40,121 nucleotides of DNA from an uncultured Pseudomonadales bacterium (GTDB taxonomy: Bacteria > Patescibacteriota > Microgenomatia > UBA1400 > UBA12108). Both the position numbers and the translations under genes were made by a program. The notes below the pieces were generated by a model. The model saw only the letters and a list, made by a program, of their open reading frames with translations, was not told the origin of the DNA and searched no databases. Location of the stretch: the NCBI GenBank assembly GCA_964527065.1, contig CAZGNX010000002.1:1-40121 (forward strand), given 5' to 3'. This document shows positions 13,761-22,014 of this stretch, piece by piece; position 1 is the first letter of the stretch, and each line of letters opens with the position of its first letter.

Positions 13761-15077
13761 TTTCTTGTGTAACTTGAGTATATTAAACACTCCCTGACCT
13801 AGGGGGGTGGCGAGTTTCTGGGAGCGCTCAAGAGCCAACTCCATCCAGGGTTTGTTCTTGGCTATGGGCATATTGGTGAGGGCGGTAAGTTGCGCTACCA
13901 AATCGGTGGTCTTAACTCGCACACTAACCCCCTTTTCCTCAAAGTGAGCACGAATGTTTTCCTCTGGTGAGGCCCATGGTTTAAGGGTGAGGAGTGCGCA
14001 ACCAGCTGCGACTGTCTCGTAGGCCATGTCGCCCGAAGGCTTGGTAATGATGGCGTCGGCCCAGGGGAAGACATAGTGGAGGAGGAGCTCATTGGCATCT
14101 ACCACGTCACTGCCGCGTAGAACGCGCAGGGGTGCAGAGACATCGCTCGTCTCACCTAGTTTGAGGCGGTGGAGGCGGGCAAAGGTGGTGAACATGCTCT
14201 CAAAATCATCGTGGACGCCGGCGTAGGCCACTAGATGGAAAGTGCCCTTTTTGATGGCAGGTGCGAGGCCAGTGAGGAGCGCCTCGATTTCGTCCTTGTT
14301 TGTACCCAAACCACCAGTGGTGATGGCTAGGCGCAGGGGGCGTGACTTGAAGGCAGTGGAGGTGCGATTTTTGTCTTTGGAGAGGATACGAGGATCCACG
14401 GGGCAGCCAGTGACGGTGACTCTTTTTTCATCTACTTTGTGACCGAGGATGTAGGCCAGCTCGATAAGCTCGGCTTTGGTTTTGTCGTCAAAAACTGCCC
14501 AGGAGAGACGAGGGTTATCTGCGTGGGTCAAGTACTGGGGCCAGACATGAGGGTCGGTGACGACTTGGAGGATAGTTTTGCCGTTCTCGAGCAGGATATT
14601 GCCGGCTTCGTAGTGGAGGCAGATGATCGCTCGATTTACCCGCCCAGTCACATAGGTGAGCGGGGCACGAATAGCCGCAGTGAGAGGGAGCTGGTTGCGC
14701 AGGCGCGAGTTCATGAGATCCTTGAGTTCTTTAAGTAGTGGGTTGCGGGCGATCAGTCGACCCATCCTTTCTGTGAACATGATTTTGGGCCAGTCGCGGG
14801 CAGAGACATAATTGGTGGGGTCGATCATCCAAAACGTTTGTCGGTTGTGGACGGCCGCGACAGCGACGGCATTGGCCATAGAGTAGTGGGCACGGGAGAA
14901 GGTGACGTCGGTTGTGTCTCCCAGAGGGGTCTCGCCAAATTCTTTACCAAGCTCGTCCTTGAACGTGGCAGAGACCGTGACGATCGGCACCTCGACAGTC
15001 TCCAGGAGATGGCGCTCTTCGTGGGCAGTACGGCGGAACTCGAGATCCTCAGGGATGGGGCGATGGGTTGTGGGCAT
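13752..15077 (-). CDS. GT-B glycosyltransferase, MGDG synthase/UgtP/MurG-like
   Basis: 441 aa. The C-terminal half (LAITTGGLGTN..ADAIITKPSGDMAYETVAAGCALL) resembles GT28-type lipid glycosyltransferases. The family assignment is from memory only. Confidence 0.65.
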   Translation of the reverse strand: MPTTHRPIPEDLEFRRTAHEERHLLETVEVPIVTVSATFKDELGKEFGETPLGDTTDVTFSRAHYSMANAVAVAAVHNRQTFWMIDPTNYVSARDWPKIMFTERMGRLIARNPLLKELKDLMNSRLRNQLPLTAAIRAPLTYVTGRVNRAIICLHYEAGNILLENGKTILQVVTDPHVWPQYLTHADNPRLSWAVFDDKTKAELIELAYILGHKVDEKRVTVTGCPVDPRILSKDKNRTSTAFKSRPLRLAITTGGLGTNKDEIEALLTGLAPAIKKGTFHLVAYAGVHDDFESMFTTFARLHRLKLGETSDVSAPLRVLRGSDVVDANELLLHYVFPWADAIITKPSGDMAYETVAAGCALLTLKPWASPEENIRAHFEEKGVSVRVKTTDLVAQLTALTNMPIAKNKPWMELALERSQKLATPLGQGVFNILKLHKKLL

Positions 15078-15182
15078 ACGATCATTCTACACAGTAGAAT
15101 GAATAATTTACAATTTACAAATAAGGAGGTGTAAAAAGTGAGTATGTCACTCTCTTGATCCTAGGGGTACAATTATGGGCTT

Positions 15183-15974
15183 ATGCGATTGCTTAAAGAA
15201 AATTGGAAGTTCCATCAAGGGTTTAGCATTATTTCGCCCCCGTCCCCTCAGGGAGCGTTGTTTAACGTTGTTGGGATTCCTACCTGGAACTCTAGATATA
15301 GACGGTGGGGGTATGGTGGTGTTGGTGAGACTGCAGTAACCTACGCACTCGAGAGATATCTTGGACAAGAGACCCATGATGATGCAGGAGGCAATACTCG
15401 ACACATTATTGCCGCAAGACTAGGCGGGACTGGTGCGGTAGATGATGCAGTTCTAAGTGAACAAATGGCAAAACTGGTGAGAGATGGAGATCCATCAGTG
15501 GATTATGAAGTTGACAATAGAGCGCTCAATTTTGCCCTAGAATTGCTCCAGACAAAAGGTGTCGCTTGCGTAGGCACAAAAATACTCAATCTATTGACTC
15601 ACCATTGTGAATCCAGGTTGGAAAGAATAGACGAATTCCTTAGTCAATATGCCCTGGTTACTATTGCAGTTACTGCTGATGATACCGTGGCAACATGGAG
15701 AAAGATTTTTGCTGGATTGCTCAAGGGTAAGGAGCAATCATTTAAAAAAGTTGAGCAAGACAGGATACTCAGGTTACCAAAAGATGTAGCCAAATTTCGT
15801 ATGGCTTATCCATGGTTAAATTATTCTCGAGAATTGATCTTGCGGACAGGTACTACAGTTATTGTTGACAACACGAAGAATAGAACGAATGCAGAAATGG
15901 ATATGTATGTTGAGAGTATGTTGTGTGATATTACATGCCTTTATCCAGAATTAGCTCGTTTTTTGAAGCAATAA
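15183..15974 (+). CDS. Hypothetical protein
   Basis: 263-aa ORF in a visibly AT-richer stretch. It has only weak resemblance to P-loop kinases: a degenerate GIPTWNSRY where a Walker A would sit, and TVIVDNTKNR near the C-terminus. Confidence 0.55.
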   Translation: MRLLKENWKFHQGFSIISPPSPQGALFNVVGIPTWNSRYRRWGYGGVGETAVTYALERYLGQETHDDAGGNTRHIIAARLGGTGAVDDAVLSEQMAKLVRDGDPSVDYEVDNRALNFALELLQTKGVACVGTKILNLLTHHCESRLERIDEFLSQYALVTIAVTADDTVATWRKIFAGLLKGKEQSFKKVEQDRILRLPKDVAKFRMAYPWLNYSRELILRTGTTVIVDNTKNRTNAEMDMYVESMLCDITCLYPELARFLKQ

Positions 15975-16066
15975 ATTTTTGTTGATTGACATCAGAACTG
16001 GATAAGAGCAAACAATTGCAGGGACTGGTGGCGAGAGTGAGAACGTATTTTATGGCGCTGATCTAA

Positions 16067-16627
16067 CTACGGTTTGATAAAAGCTGAGGCAGAAACGACT
16101 AGAAAAATTCCAATTGCGTTGAGGATAAATGAAAGTGAGATAAATTGTGTAGTTTTCATTCTAGAAAGTCCCATTAGACTCACGCCGATTTCATCAGGGA
16201 GTGGAGAGGCGATAATAATTGCTCCTAAGACGGGTAGCGTCCAACTAAAGTATTTGGAATGAAAGAGATGGCGAACTCGATGTTTGTTGTCTATTGTCCC
16301 AAAGAGCTGTTTAACTTCTCCCATCAGGTTATCTTGAATAAAGCGGAAAATGACCAGGTCTCCAAGAACTGCGCCAAGCCCAGCTACGAGACCTATCTCG
16401 ATTGGGGAGAGAAACTCGGCAAGCACCAGGAGCACAACTGCACCGATTGCGACGGTAAAGGTAGAGACAAACAGCATCCCTGCAAAGAAAGCACCGATGT
16501 ATCCTAACTTGCCTAGATGGAGCAGTATCTCATGCAATGGTTCATATCTAGAGATGATGAGAGCCACTAGCAGTGAAACTGCTAAAAATGTGAGGTTGGT
16601 ATATTTCCAGACATGATGAAGCTTCAT
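16067..16627 (-). CDS. Polytopic membrane protein, possibly DedA/VTT-like
   Basis: It has about 5 hydrophobic helices, plus GLGAVLGDLVIF and SPLPDEIG motifs. TGCTATACT-N6-ATG precedes position 16627. Confidence 0.7.
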   Translation of the reverse strand: MKLHHVWKYTNLTFLAVSLLVALIISRYEPLHEILLHLGKLGYIGAFFAGMLFVSTFTVAIGAVVLLVLAEFLSPIEIGLVAGLGAVLGDLVIFRFIQDNLMGEVKQLFGTIDNKHRVRHLFHSKYFSWTLPVLGAIIIASPLPDEIGVSLMGLSRMKTTQFISLSFILNAIGIFLVVSASAFIKP

Positions 16628-16693
16628 TATAAAAGTATAGCAAGAAAGAGTAAGTCTGCTCGAATTCAATTAATATATCAAAATGTATCACTG

Positions 16694-16764
16694 CAGGTCT
16701 GGAAGGAATCGAACCTTCGTTAGAGGTTTTGGAGACCTCTGTCCTACCGCTGAACGACAGACCT
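16694..16764 (-). tRNA. tRNA-Trp (anticodon CCA)
   Basis: Folded by hand: AGGTCTG/CAGACCT acceptor, GAGGT-CTCCAAA-ACCTC anticodon arm, GAAGG-TTCGATT-CCTTC T arm, 71 nt. Confidence 0.9.
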
Positions 16765-16803
16765 ATTGGGGCTATTTTACCAGATATTCGAGGAATCTAA
16801 GTG

Positions 16804-17421
16804 CTATAGCAACAGATTAGTCACAAAGGCAATGACGGGGGAGATGAGGGCCGAGATGGGGGAGGTGCCGCCCGCAATAGGGAGGAGCATGAGGATCAAG
16901 ATAATCGTGCCGTACTGGCGCATAATGAGTGCATATTCGCGGTAGAGCTCTGGAGAGAGGAGGCCACCCAAAATCTTTTCGCCGTCCAAGGGGAAGACAG
17001 GGACCAGATTAAAAATGGCGAGCGAGATATTCATGACTATGAGGATGGGAAATATAGGAATCAGGAAAGAGGAAACAGGAATGAGTCTGACAAAAATAGC
17101 TAAAACAGTGGCTAAAAGTATGTTGGAGACGGGGCCGGCCAGGGCGATGAGGGCGGAGTCGCGCCTGGGATTGCGCAGGTTATAGGGGTCAAACATGACG
17201 GGTCGACCCCAGCCAAAGCCAAGGAATAGGAGGGCGAGGGTGCCCAGGGGGTCTAGATGCGAGCGGGGGTCGAGGGTCAGGCGGCCTTGGGAGCGGGGAG
17301 TGGGGTCCCCCAGGCGGTCGGCGGCTACTGCATGGGCGTATTCGTGGATGGAGATAGCCAGTATCAGGCCGATGGCCCAGATCAGGAAGAGTAGGGGATT
17401 GGAAAAGAGGGTGGCTAGCAT
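16804..17421 (-). CDS. Site-2 protease family (M50) zinc metalloprotease
   Basis: It is a multi-pass membrane protein with HExxH (SIHEYAHAVAA) and a downstream LAIFNLVPVFPLDG motif. TATACT-N7-ATG precedes position 17421. Confidence 0.85.
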   Translation of the reverse strand: MLATLFSNPLLFLIWAIGLILAISIHEYAHAVAADRLGDPTPRSQGRLTLDPRSHLDPLGTLALLFLGFGWGRPVMFDPYNLRNPRRDSALIALAGPVSNILLATVLAIFVRLIPVSSFLIPIFPILIVMNISLAIFNLVPVFPLDGEKILGGLLSPELYREYALIMRQYGTIILILMLLPIAGGTSPISALISPVIAFVTNLLL

Positions 17422-17495
17422 AGTATGGAGTATACAGTAAGTTGTATAGCGTATCACTTGACTATTGTCGAAACATACGGTACACTATGGGATAT

Positions 17496-18086
17496 ATGAA
17501 GATACTTTTGGCACTTGTTGTTTTTGCAGTTATGTTTGCTGGCCCTACCTCTGCTCATGAGGGGAATGTTGACCTCACGAACAACAAAGTATCGTGCAAG
17601 GGTGTTTCGATTTATCAGGACGGAGTATACAAGGTATCTGGGCGATGTGACGGACTCGTGTATCCATATGAAACTCTCTACAACAAATATGTCCTCTGGG
17701 GCAAGACTACGGCGCGCGGGGAGGCGGTGCGGATAGCCGAGATTGATCGTGGCTACTTCTCTGGCAACATTTCCAATGCGTTTGATGGCATGTTTGTGAC
17801 GGCAGAAAAAGACTCCCTGGTGCGCAGACCTAGCGATATCCAGATTGTGGTAGGCAAAGTCAATGTGTTTGATTTTGACAAAAGTCAAGTGACTGCGGCT
17901 CCTACTACCACGACCTCTACAACCACGACACCTGCCAAAGAGACTGTAACGACAACCTCTACCTCGACTGCGGGGGCAGTGGTGGGCAAGATAGTTAGCT
18001 CACTCCTAGTCGTGATCTTGGTAATCGTGGTGCTTGCTATTGGTGCCTCGCTTCTGTTTCGCAGGCGCGGATCCGTGAGTGCGTAA
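17496..18086 (+). CDS. Surface protein with an RskA-like (anti-sigma-K C-terminal) domain, a Thr-rich stalk and a C-terminal TM anchor
   Basis: Signal peptide MKILLALVVFAVMFAGPTSA. YVLWGKT..GEAVRIAEID..FDGMFVTAEKD..RPSDIQIVVGKV fits the remembered RskA C-domain pattern. A TTTTSTTTT linker, a hydrophobic anchor and an RRRGS tail follow. Confidence 0.6.
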   Translation: MKILLALVVFAVMFAGPTSAHEGNVDLTNNKVSCKGVSIYQDGVYKVSGRCDGLVYPYETLYNKYVLWGKTTARGEAVRIAEIDRGYFSGNISNAFDGMFVTAEKDSLVRRPSDIQIVVGKVNVFDFDKSQVTAAPTTTTSTTTTPAKETVTTTSTSTAGAVVGKIVSSLLVVILVIVVLAIGASLLFRRRGSVSA

Positions 18087-18101
18087 AATAATATTACAAC
18101 T

Positions 18102-18278
18102 ATGAGAAATTTTAACTTCCATGAAGCTCAGCAACGTCAGAATGAGTTCATGCGGAATCCGTTTAAGCCGGATATGGTGTCAGTATGGGGTGCTAGAATA
18201 ATCGCCCTCATGTATGCAGTGGGTGCAATTGGCGTCCTCGGGTACGTAGTTTTTCGTGAGTTGATTAAGAGCCGGTAA
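18102..18278 (+). CDS. Possible 58-aa single-pass membrane protein
   Basis: MRNFNFHEAQQRQNEFMRNPFKPDMVSVWGARIIALMYAVGAIGVLGYVVFRELIKSR. It fills the gap before rpmB. This ORF is absent from the ORF track. Confidence 0.4.
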   Translation: MRNFNFHEAQQRQNEFMRNPFKPDMVSVWGARIIALMYAVGAIGVLGYVVFRELIKSR

Positions 18279-18323
18279 GCCCTATTGGGAATTTTGGATT
18301 TATCTGATAGAATATTCAAATCT

Positions 18324-18542
18324 ATGGCATACGCATGCAATATCTGTGGCAAAAAGAGAGACGTGGGGCACAACGTGAGTCACGCCAAGAACCGTACCCA
18401 GCGTATCCGCCTGCCTAACCTGCACACCCACCGTCTCCAGACTGCTGAGGGCAAGCTCAAGCTCCTGTTGTGCACCAAGTGTCTACGGAGTGTAAAAAGG
18501 GGTGCTGCAGGGGTACAAACAACTCAGGTAGCGACTAGTTGA
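18324..18542 (+). CDS. rpmB: 50S ribosomal protein L28
   Basis: MAYACNICGKKRDVGHNVSHAKNRTQRIRLPNLH is the L28 N-terminal signature. Confidence 0.9.
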   Translation: MAYACNICGKKRDVGHNVSHAKNRTQRIRLPNLHTHRLQTAEGKLKLLLCTKCLRSVKRGAAGVQTTQVATS

Positions 18543-18566
18543 CATAGTTTGATACAATCTAAGAAT

Positions 18567-18713
18567 ATGACAGCATCATTTGAAGAGGTAGAGAAAAATA
18601 GTAGAGACGTTATTGGGAGACCTTTAAGAAATTTGTTATGGATGGCTGTATTGGTGGGAATTCCCTTTTGTGGGGTACTCTGTTACGCAACAGGTTTAGT
18701 GCCAGTGCGTTAA
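18567..18713 (+). CDS. Possible 48-aa single-pass membrane protein
   Basis: MTASFEEVEKNSRDVIGRPLRNLLWMAVLVGIPFCGVLCYATGLVPVR. It lies between rpmB and the ATPase gene. TACAAT lies 8 nt upstream of the ATG. Confidence 0.35.
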   Translation: MTASFEEVEKNSRDVIGRPLRNLLWMAVLVGIPFCGVLCYATGLVPVR

Positions 18714-18737
18714 TCATTTTTCCGCTATACTAGTTCC

Positions 18738-20879
18738 ATGCCCAAGCTGACGACACTCCTCTTGACGATCCCACGCGAAACCGAGATAACGCCGGAGTCC
18801 TCAGCTACCTTTCTCTCTACCTTCCCCGCCATTTTGCACAAGTCGCTCTTTGAGGTCTGGATCAAGGGAGAGGAGAGACCTACGGTTGCGCTTGAGGTAG
18901 GGGTGTGGGAACAGAAGATCCGTTTCCTCCTGACCTGCTCAACCCACCTCACTCAGTTCGTTATTTCTCAAGTTCAGTCGACCTATCCGCTCGCTATGAT
19001 TGTGCCGATTGAGGATCAGCTCCCCAAACTTGCATCGTCATTGGTAGTTGGTGAGCTCAAAATGCAACTAGCTAGTTTTTATCCATTTAAAACCTGGGCT
19101 GAGTTTCGCGATACCGATCCCATCAACTCGTATCTCTCCGTCATGTCCAAAGCCGAGCCAGCCGAGGTGATGTATCTCTCATTGGTGATTACAGCCCCTT
19201 CCGATACGTGGCAGAGTGAGGGGCGCAAAGCACTGGATCTTGGCCGTAGTATGGGTAGTACCAAAACCCAGTCGGGATATGTAGAGAAGAGGGGTACACT
19301 CCCCAACGCCAGGGGAATTGAGGAGAAGATAGGACAAGGAGGATTCTCGCTCACTGCCAGGGTCGCGGTTTCCAAACCAGCTAGGTTGAGTGAACTAAGC
19401 GCCGTGTTTGGCGTCTTTGCTCGTCCTGACGGCAATAGTTGGAGTCTGTCGCGGTCGCTCTTCCTAGAGAGTGCGCGGCGCAAGCTCATAGAGCGTGTGA
19501 GTGTGCAAAAGCGAGTGGTTTCGATTTCAGAGCTTGCCACCCTGTGGCACCTGCCCTCGGACAAAGTACGCATCCCGATGATCCTGTGGGGGCAAAATGT
19601 CTTCTCCGAGCCACCCGAGAACCTGCCGATTGCGGAGGGGGCGAGTGAGGAGGAGAAGGCGACAATTAATTTTTTTGGGCGGACGACCCACAAGAATCGC
19701 GATCTGATCTTTGGAATCAAGGATATAGACCGCAGACGCCACCTCTGGGCGATAGGGAAGACCGGGACGGGCAAATCGACGCTGATTGCCAACATGGCGA
19801 TCGACGATATGAAAAAGGGACGGGGAGTGGCGATCATTGACCCCCACGGTGACCTTTGTGATACCATCTTGGATTTTGTCCCTGCGAGCCGCCTCAACGA
19901 TGTGATCTACTTTAATCCCAATGATCGTGACCGGCCAGTGCGGCTCAATGTCCTCGAGGTCAAGAACCCGGCCCAGCGGGAGCTCATAGTCTCTGGGATT
20001 GTGGCCATCTTTAACAAGCTCTACGGTCATTCGTGGGGGCCGCGGCTCGAGTACATTTTGCGTAATAGCTTGCTGGCACTCTCGGAGATCCCCGGGGCGA
20101 CGCTTGTTGATATCCCGCGCTTGCTCACCGACCGGGTGTATCGACAAGGTGCAATAGCCAAGCTCTCCGACCCGGTGATCAAACGATATTTTGAGAATGA
20201 GTTTGACAGGATGCCAGAGAAAATGCTTCAGGAATCGATCGCGCCGATTCTCAACAAAGTGGGGCAGTTTGTCAGTTCGCCGCTTATCCGCGCGATTATC
20301 GAGCGCCCCACAAGTAGCATCGATATGGAGGAGATCATGAACGACGGCAAAATCTTGATTGCCAATCTCTCACAAGGCAAGATCGGGGAGGACAACGCCG
20401 CGCTCATTGGGGCAATGCTCATCACCAAGTTCCAGCTCGCGGCCATGAACAGGGTCGATCGTGCAGAGTCCGCGCGGCGCGACTTTTACCTCTATGTCGA
20501 CGAGTTCCAGAATTTTGCCACCTCGAGTTTTATCAAGATCCTCTCGGAGGCCCGCAAGTACAAACTCAATTTGACCATGGCCAACCAGTACATGGCTCAG
20601 ATCCCGCTCGAGGTACAAAAGGCGATCCTGGGCAATGCCGGCAGCATCATCTCCTTTACCATTGGAGCAGATGATGCCAGGATCATTATGAAAGAGTTTG
20701 GGGAGGTATTCACCGACAGGGATCTGGTCAACCTCGAGAACTACCAGATCGCGGTACGGCTGATGGTGGACTCGATGTCAGGACGCGCCTTTGTGGCCAG
20801 GACTCTGCCCCTGCCTGCCAGCCGCAACCAGAATCGGGACAAAGTGATACGCGTATCGAGAGAGCGGTGGGGGCGCTAG
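18738..20879 (+). CDS. VirD4/TraD/TrwB-like (type IV coupling protein-type, FtsK/HerA superfamily) ATPase without an N-terminal TM anchor
   Basis: 713 aa. Walker A is GKTGTGKST, followed by IIDPHGDL. Walker B is FYLYVDEFQNF. ARKYKLNLTMANQY is typical of TraD/VirD4-type proteins. The ~330-aa N-terminal domain has no recognisable family. Confidence 0.8.
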   Translation: MPKLTTLLLTIPRETEITPESSATFLSTFPAILHKSLFEVWIKGEERPTVALEVGVWEQKIRFLLTCSTHLTQFVISQVQSTYPLAMIVPIEDQLPKLASSLVVGELKMQLASFYPFKTWAEFRDTDPINSYLSVMSKAEPAEVMYLSLVITAPSDTWQSEGRKALDLGRSMGSTKTQSGYVEKRGTLPNARGIEEKIGQGGFSLTARVAVSKPARLSELSAVFGVFARPDGNSWSLSRSLFLESARRKLIERVSVQKRVVSISELATLWHLPSDKVRIPMILWGQNVFSEPPENLPIAEGASEEEKATINFFGRTTHKNRDLIFGIKDIDRRRHLWAIGKTGTGKSTLIANMAIDDMKKGRGVAIIDPHGDLCDTILDFVPASRLNDVIYFNPNDRDRPVRLNVLEVKNPAQRELIVSGIVAIFNKLYGHSWGPRLEYILRNSLLALSEIPGATLVDIPRLLTDRVYRQGAIAKLSDPVIKRYFENEFDRMPEKMLQESIAPILNKVGQFVSSPLIRAIIERPTSSIDMEEIMNDGKILIANLSQGKIGEDNAALIGAMLITKFQLAAMNRVDRAESARRDFYLYVDEFQNFATSSFIKILSEARKYKLNLTMANQYMAQIPLEVQKAILGNAGSIISFTIGADDARIIMKEFGEVFTDRDLVNLENYQIAVRLMVDSMSGRAFVARTLPLPASRNQNRDKVIRVSRERWGR

Positions 20880-21769
20880 AGGTAATACTGGGCAAAGTCG
20901 GAGTAGGAGATAGGTTTGGGTTTGCCAGAGATGAGTACATCGGGGATCAAACTCCTGGAGTTTGATATGAGGGCAAGGCGGAGTTCGCCTTTTTTACTTG
21001 GGGCTAGTGTCCAGACCCGCTCCCAGCTAGTGAGGCCGCGGATGAGGTCGTGGAGGATCTCTCCTCTTGGATTGTGGGTGAGGCGCAGGCGCAGGAGGGG
21101 GTTGGTGGTTTCGCTGGGGTCCACGCGGGTGTTGGAGAGGAGTTTTTGTAGCACGCTCCACTCAATATAGCCAGACTCAGAGTTGAGGCGGCTGGTGAAG
21201 ATGAGGGGACTGGCGGTGAGGTGAGGATTGCAAGGTAGGGAACCTTGTAAAAAATCGAGGAAGAGTTGGGCGCCTTTGGCAAAGAGACGGTGGAGGAGGA
21301 TGGGGGCGGTGTCGGCGCTCTGGATCGGCTCGCTGACTTGACCGACAATCTCGCCGTTGTCAATACCCTCGCTGATACGGTGGAGTGTGATGCCTGTGAC
21401 GCTATCGCCAAGGGCGATGGCGTAGGGGACGGGGGCGACATTGCGATACTGTGGCAAGAGCGACGGGTGGAGGTTGTAGAGATGGCCATCAAAGCGGTCG
21501 ATAATCTCTGTGGGGAGGAGGTGATTCCACGAGGCACAGAGACCAATAGTATTTTTGTTCAATATTACTGGAATAGATGGATAATAGGATACTTTTAGAT
21601 TATGCGTTTTGGCTAGTTTTTCGACCTCGGTGGGCACGAGAGTTTCGCTATTTTTTGCGGGTTTTCCTCGGTCGGTCACGACGGAGATTTGAGCCAATTG
21701 TTGAGAAGCAATCAGGAGATTGAGGACGGTTGCACTGTAGCGATCGGAGCCAAAAAAGATGAGTTGCAT
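20876..21769 (-). CDS. fmt: Methionyl-tRNA formyltransferase
   Basis: MQLIFFGS..NLHPSLLPQYRNVAPVPYAIALGD..TGITLHRISEGIDNGEIV is the formyltransferase core. Confidence 0.9.
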   Translation of the reverse strand: MQLIFFGSDRYSATVLNLLIASQQLAQISVVTDRGKPAKNSETLVPTEVEKLAKTHNLKVSYYPSIPVILNKNTIGLCASWNHLLPTEIIDRFDGHLYNLHPSLLPQYRNVAPVPYAIALGDSVTGITLHRISEGIDNGEIVGQVSEPIQSADTAPILLHRLFAKGAQLFLDFLQGSLPCNPHLTASPLIFTSRLNSESGYIEWSVLQKLLSNTRVDPSETTNPLLRLRLTHNPRGEILHDLIRGLTSWERVWTLAPSKKGELRLALISNSRSLIPDVLISGKPKPISYSDFAQYYL

Positions 21770-21794
21770 TTGACTGTTAGTGTATCATGCTTCC

Positions 21795-22007
21795 ATGGAC
21801 ACAAATGAGAGGGTTGCAACATACTTGCCGTGGAACTGGAGGAGAGATATCTCAGAAGGTGTGAGGGTAGTGCGCATGCTTGAGGCTGGCGTGATTGCAG
21901 GGTTTTGCCTCATGAGTGGGATCGAATGTTTGCAAGAGATAGGCTTATTGCAATTGTTGTTTGCGGTGGTTGTGAATATGGCGGCAGTACCGCCGGCGAA
22001 ACTTTGA
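21795..22007 (+). CDS. Possible 70-aa small membrane protein (weak call)
   Basis: TATCAT-N6-ATG at 21795 fits the local start-site pattern, and there are two hydrophobic stretches. There is no other support. Confidence 0.25.
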   Translation: MDTNERVATYLPWNWRRDISEGVRVVRMLEAGVIAGFCLMSGIECLQEIGLLQLLFAVVVNMAAVPPAKL

Positions 22008-22014
22008 CACCCAG

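Noticed and set aside
19079-20147. Minus-strand ORFs of 272 aa and 206 aa
   Set aside because: Both lie inside the ATPase gene, whose plus-strand translation carries clear Walker A/B motifs. They are Arg/Ser/Pro-rich shadow frames.
21004-21546. 180-aa minus-strand ORF, and the plus-strand ORFs inside fmt
   Set aside because: These are alternative frames of the clearly identified fmt gene.
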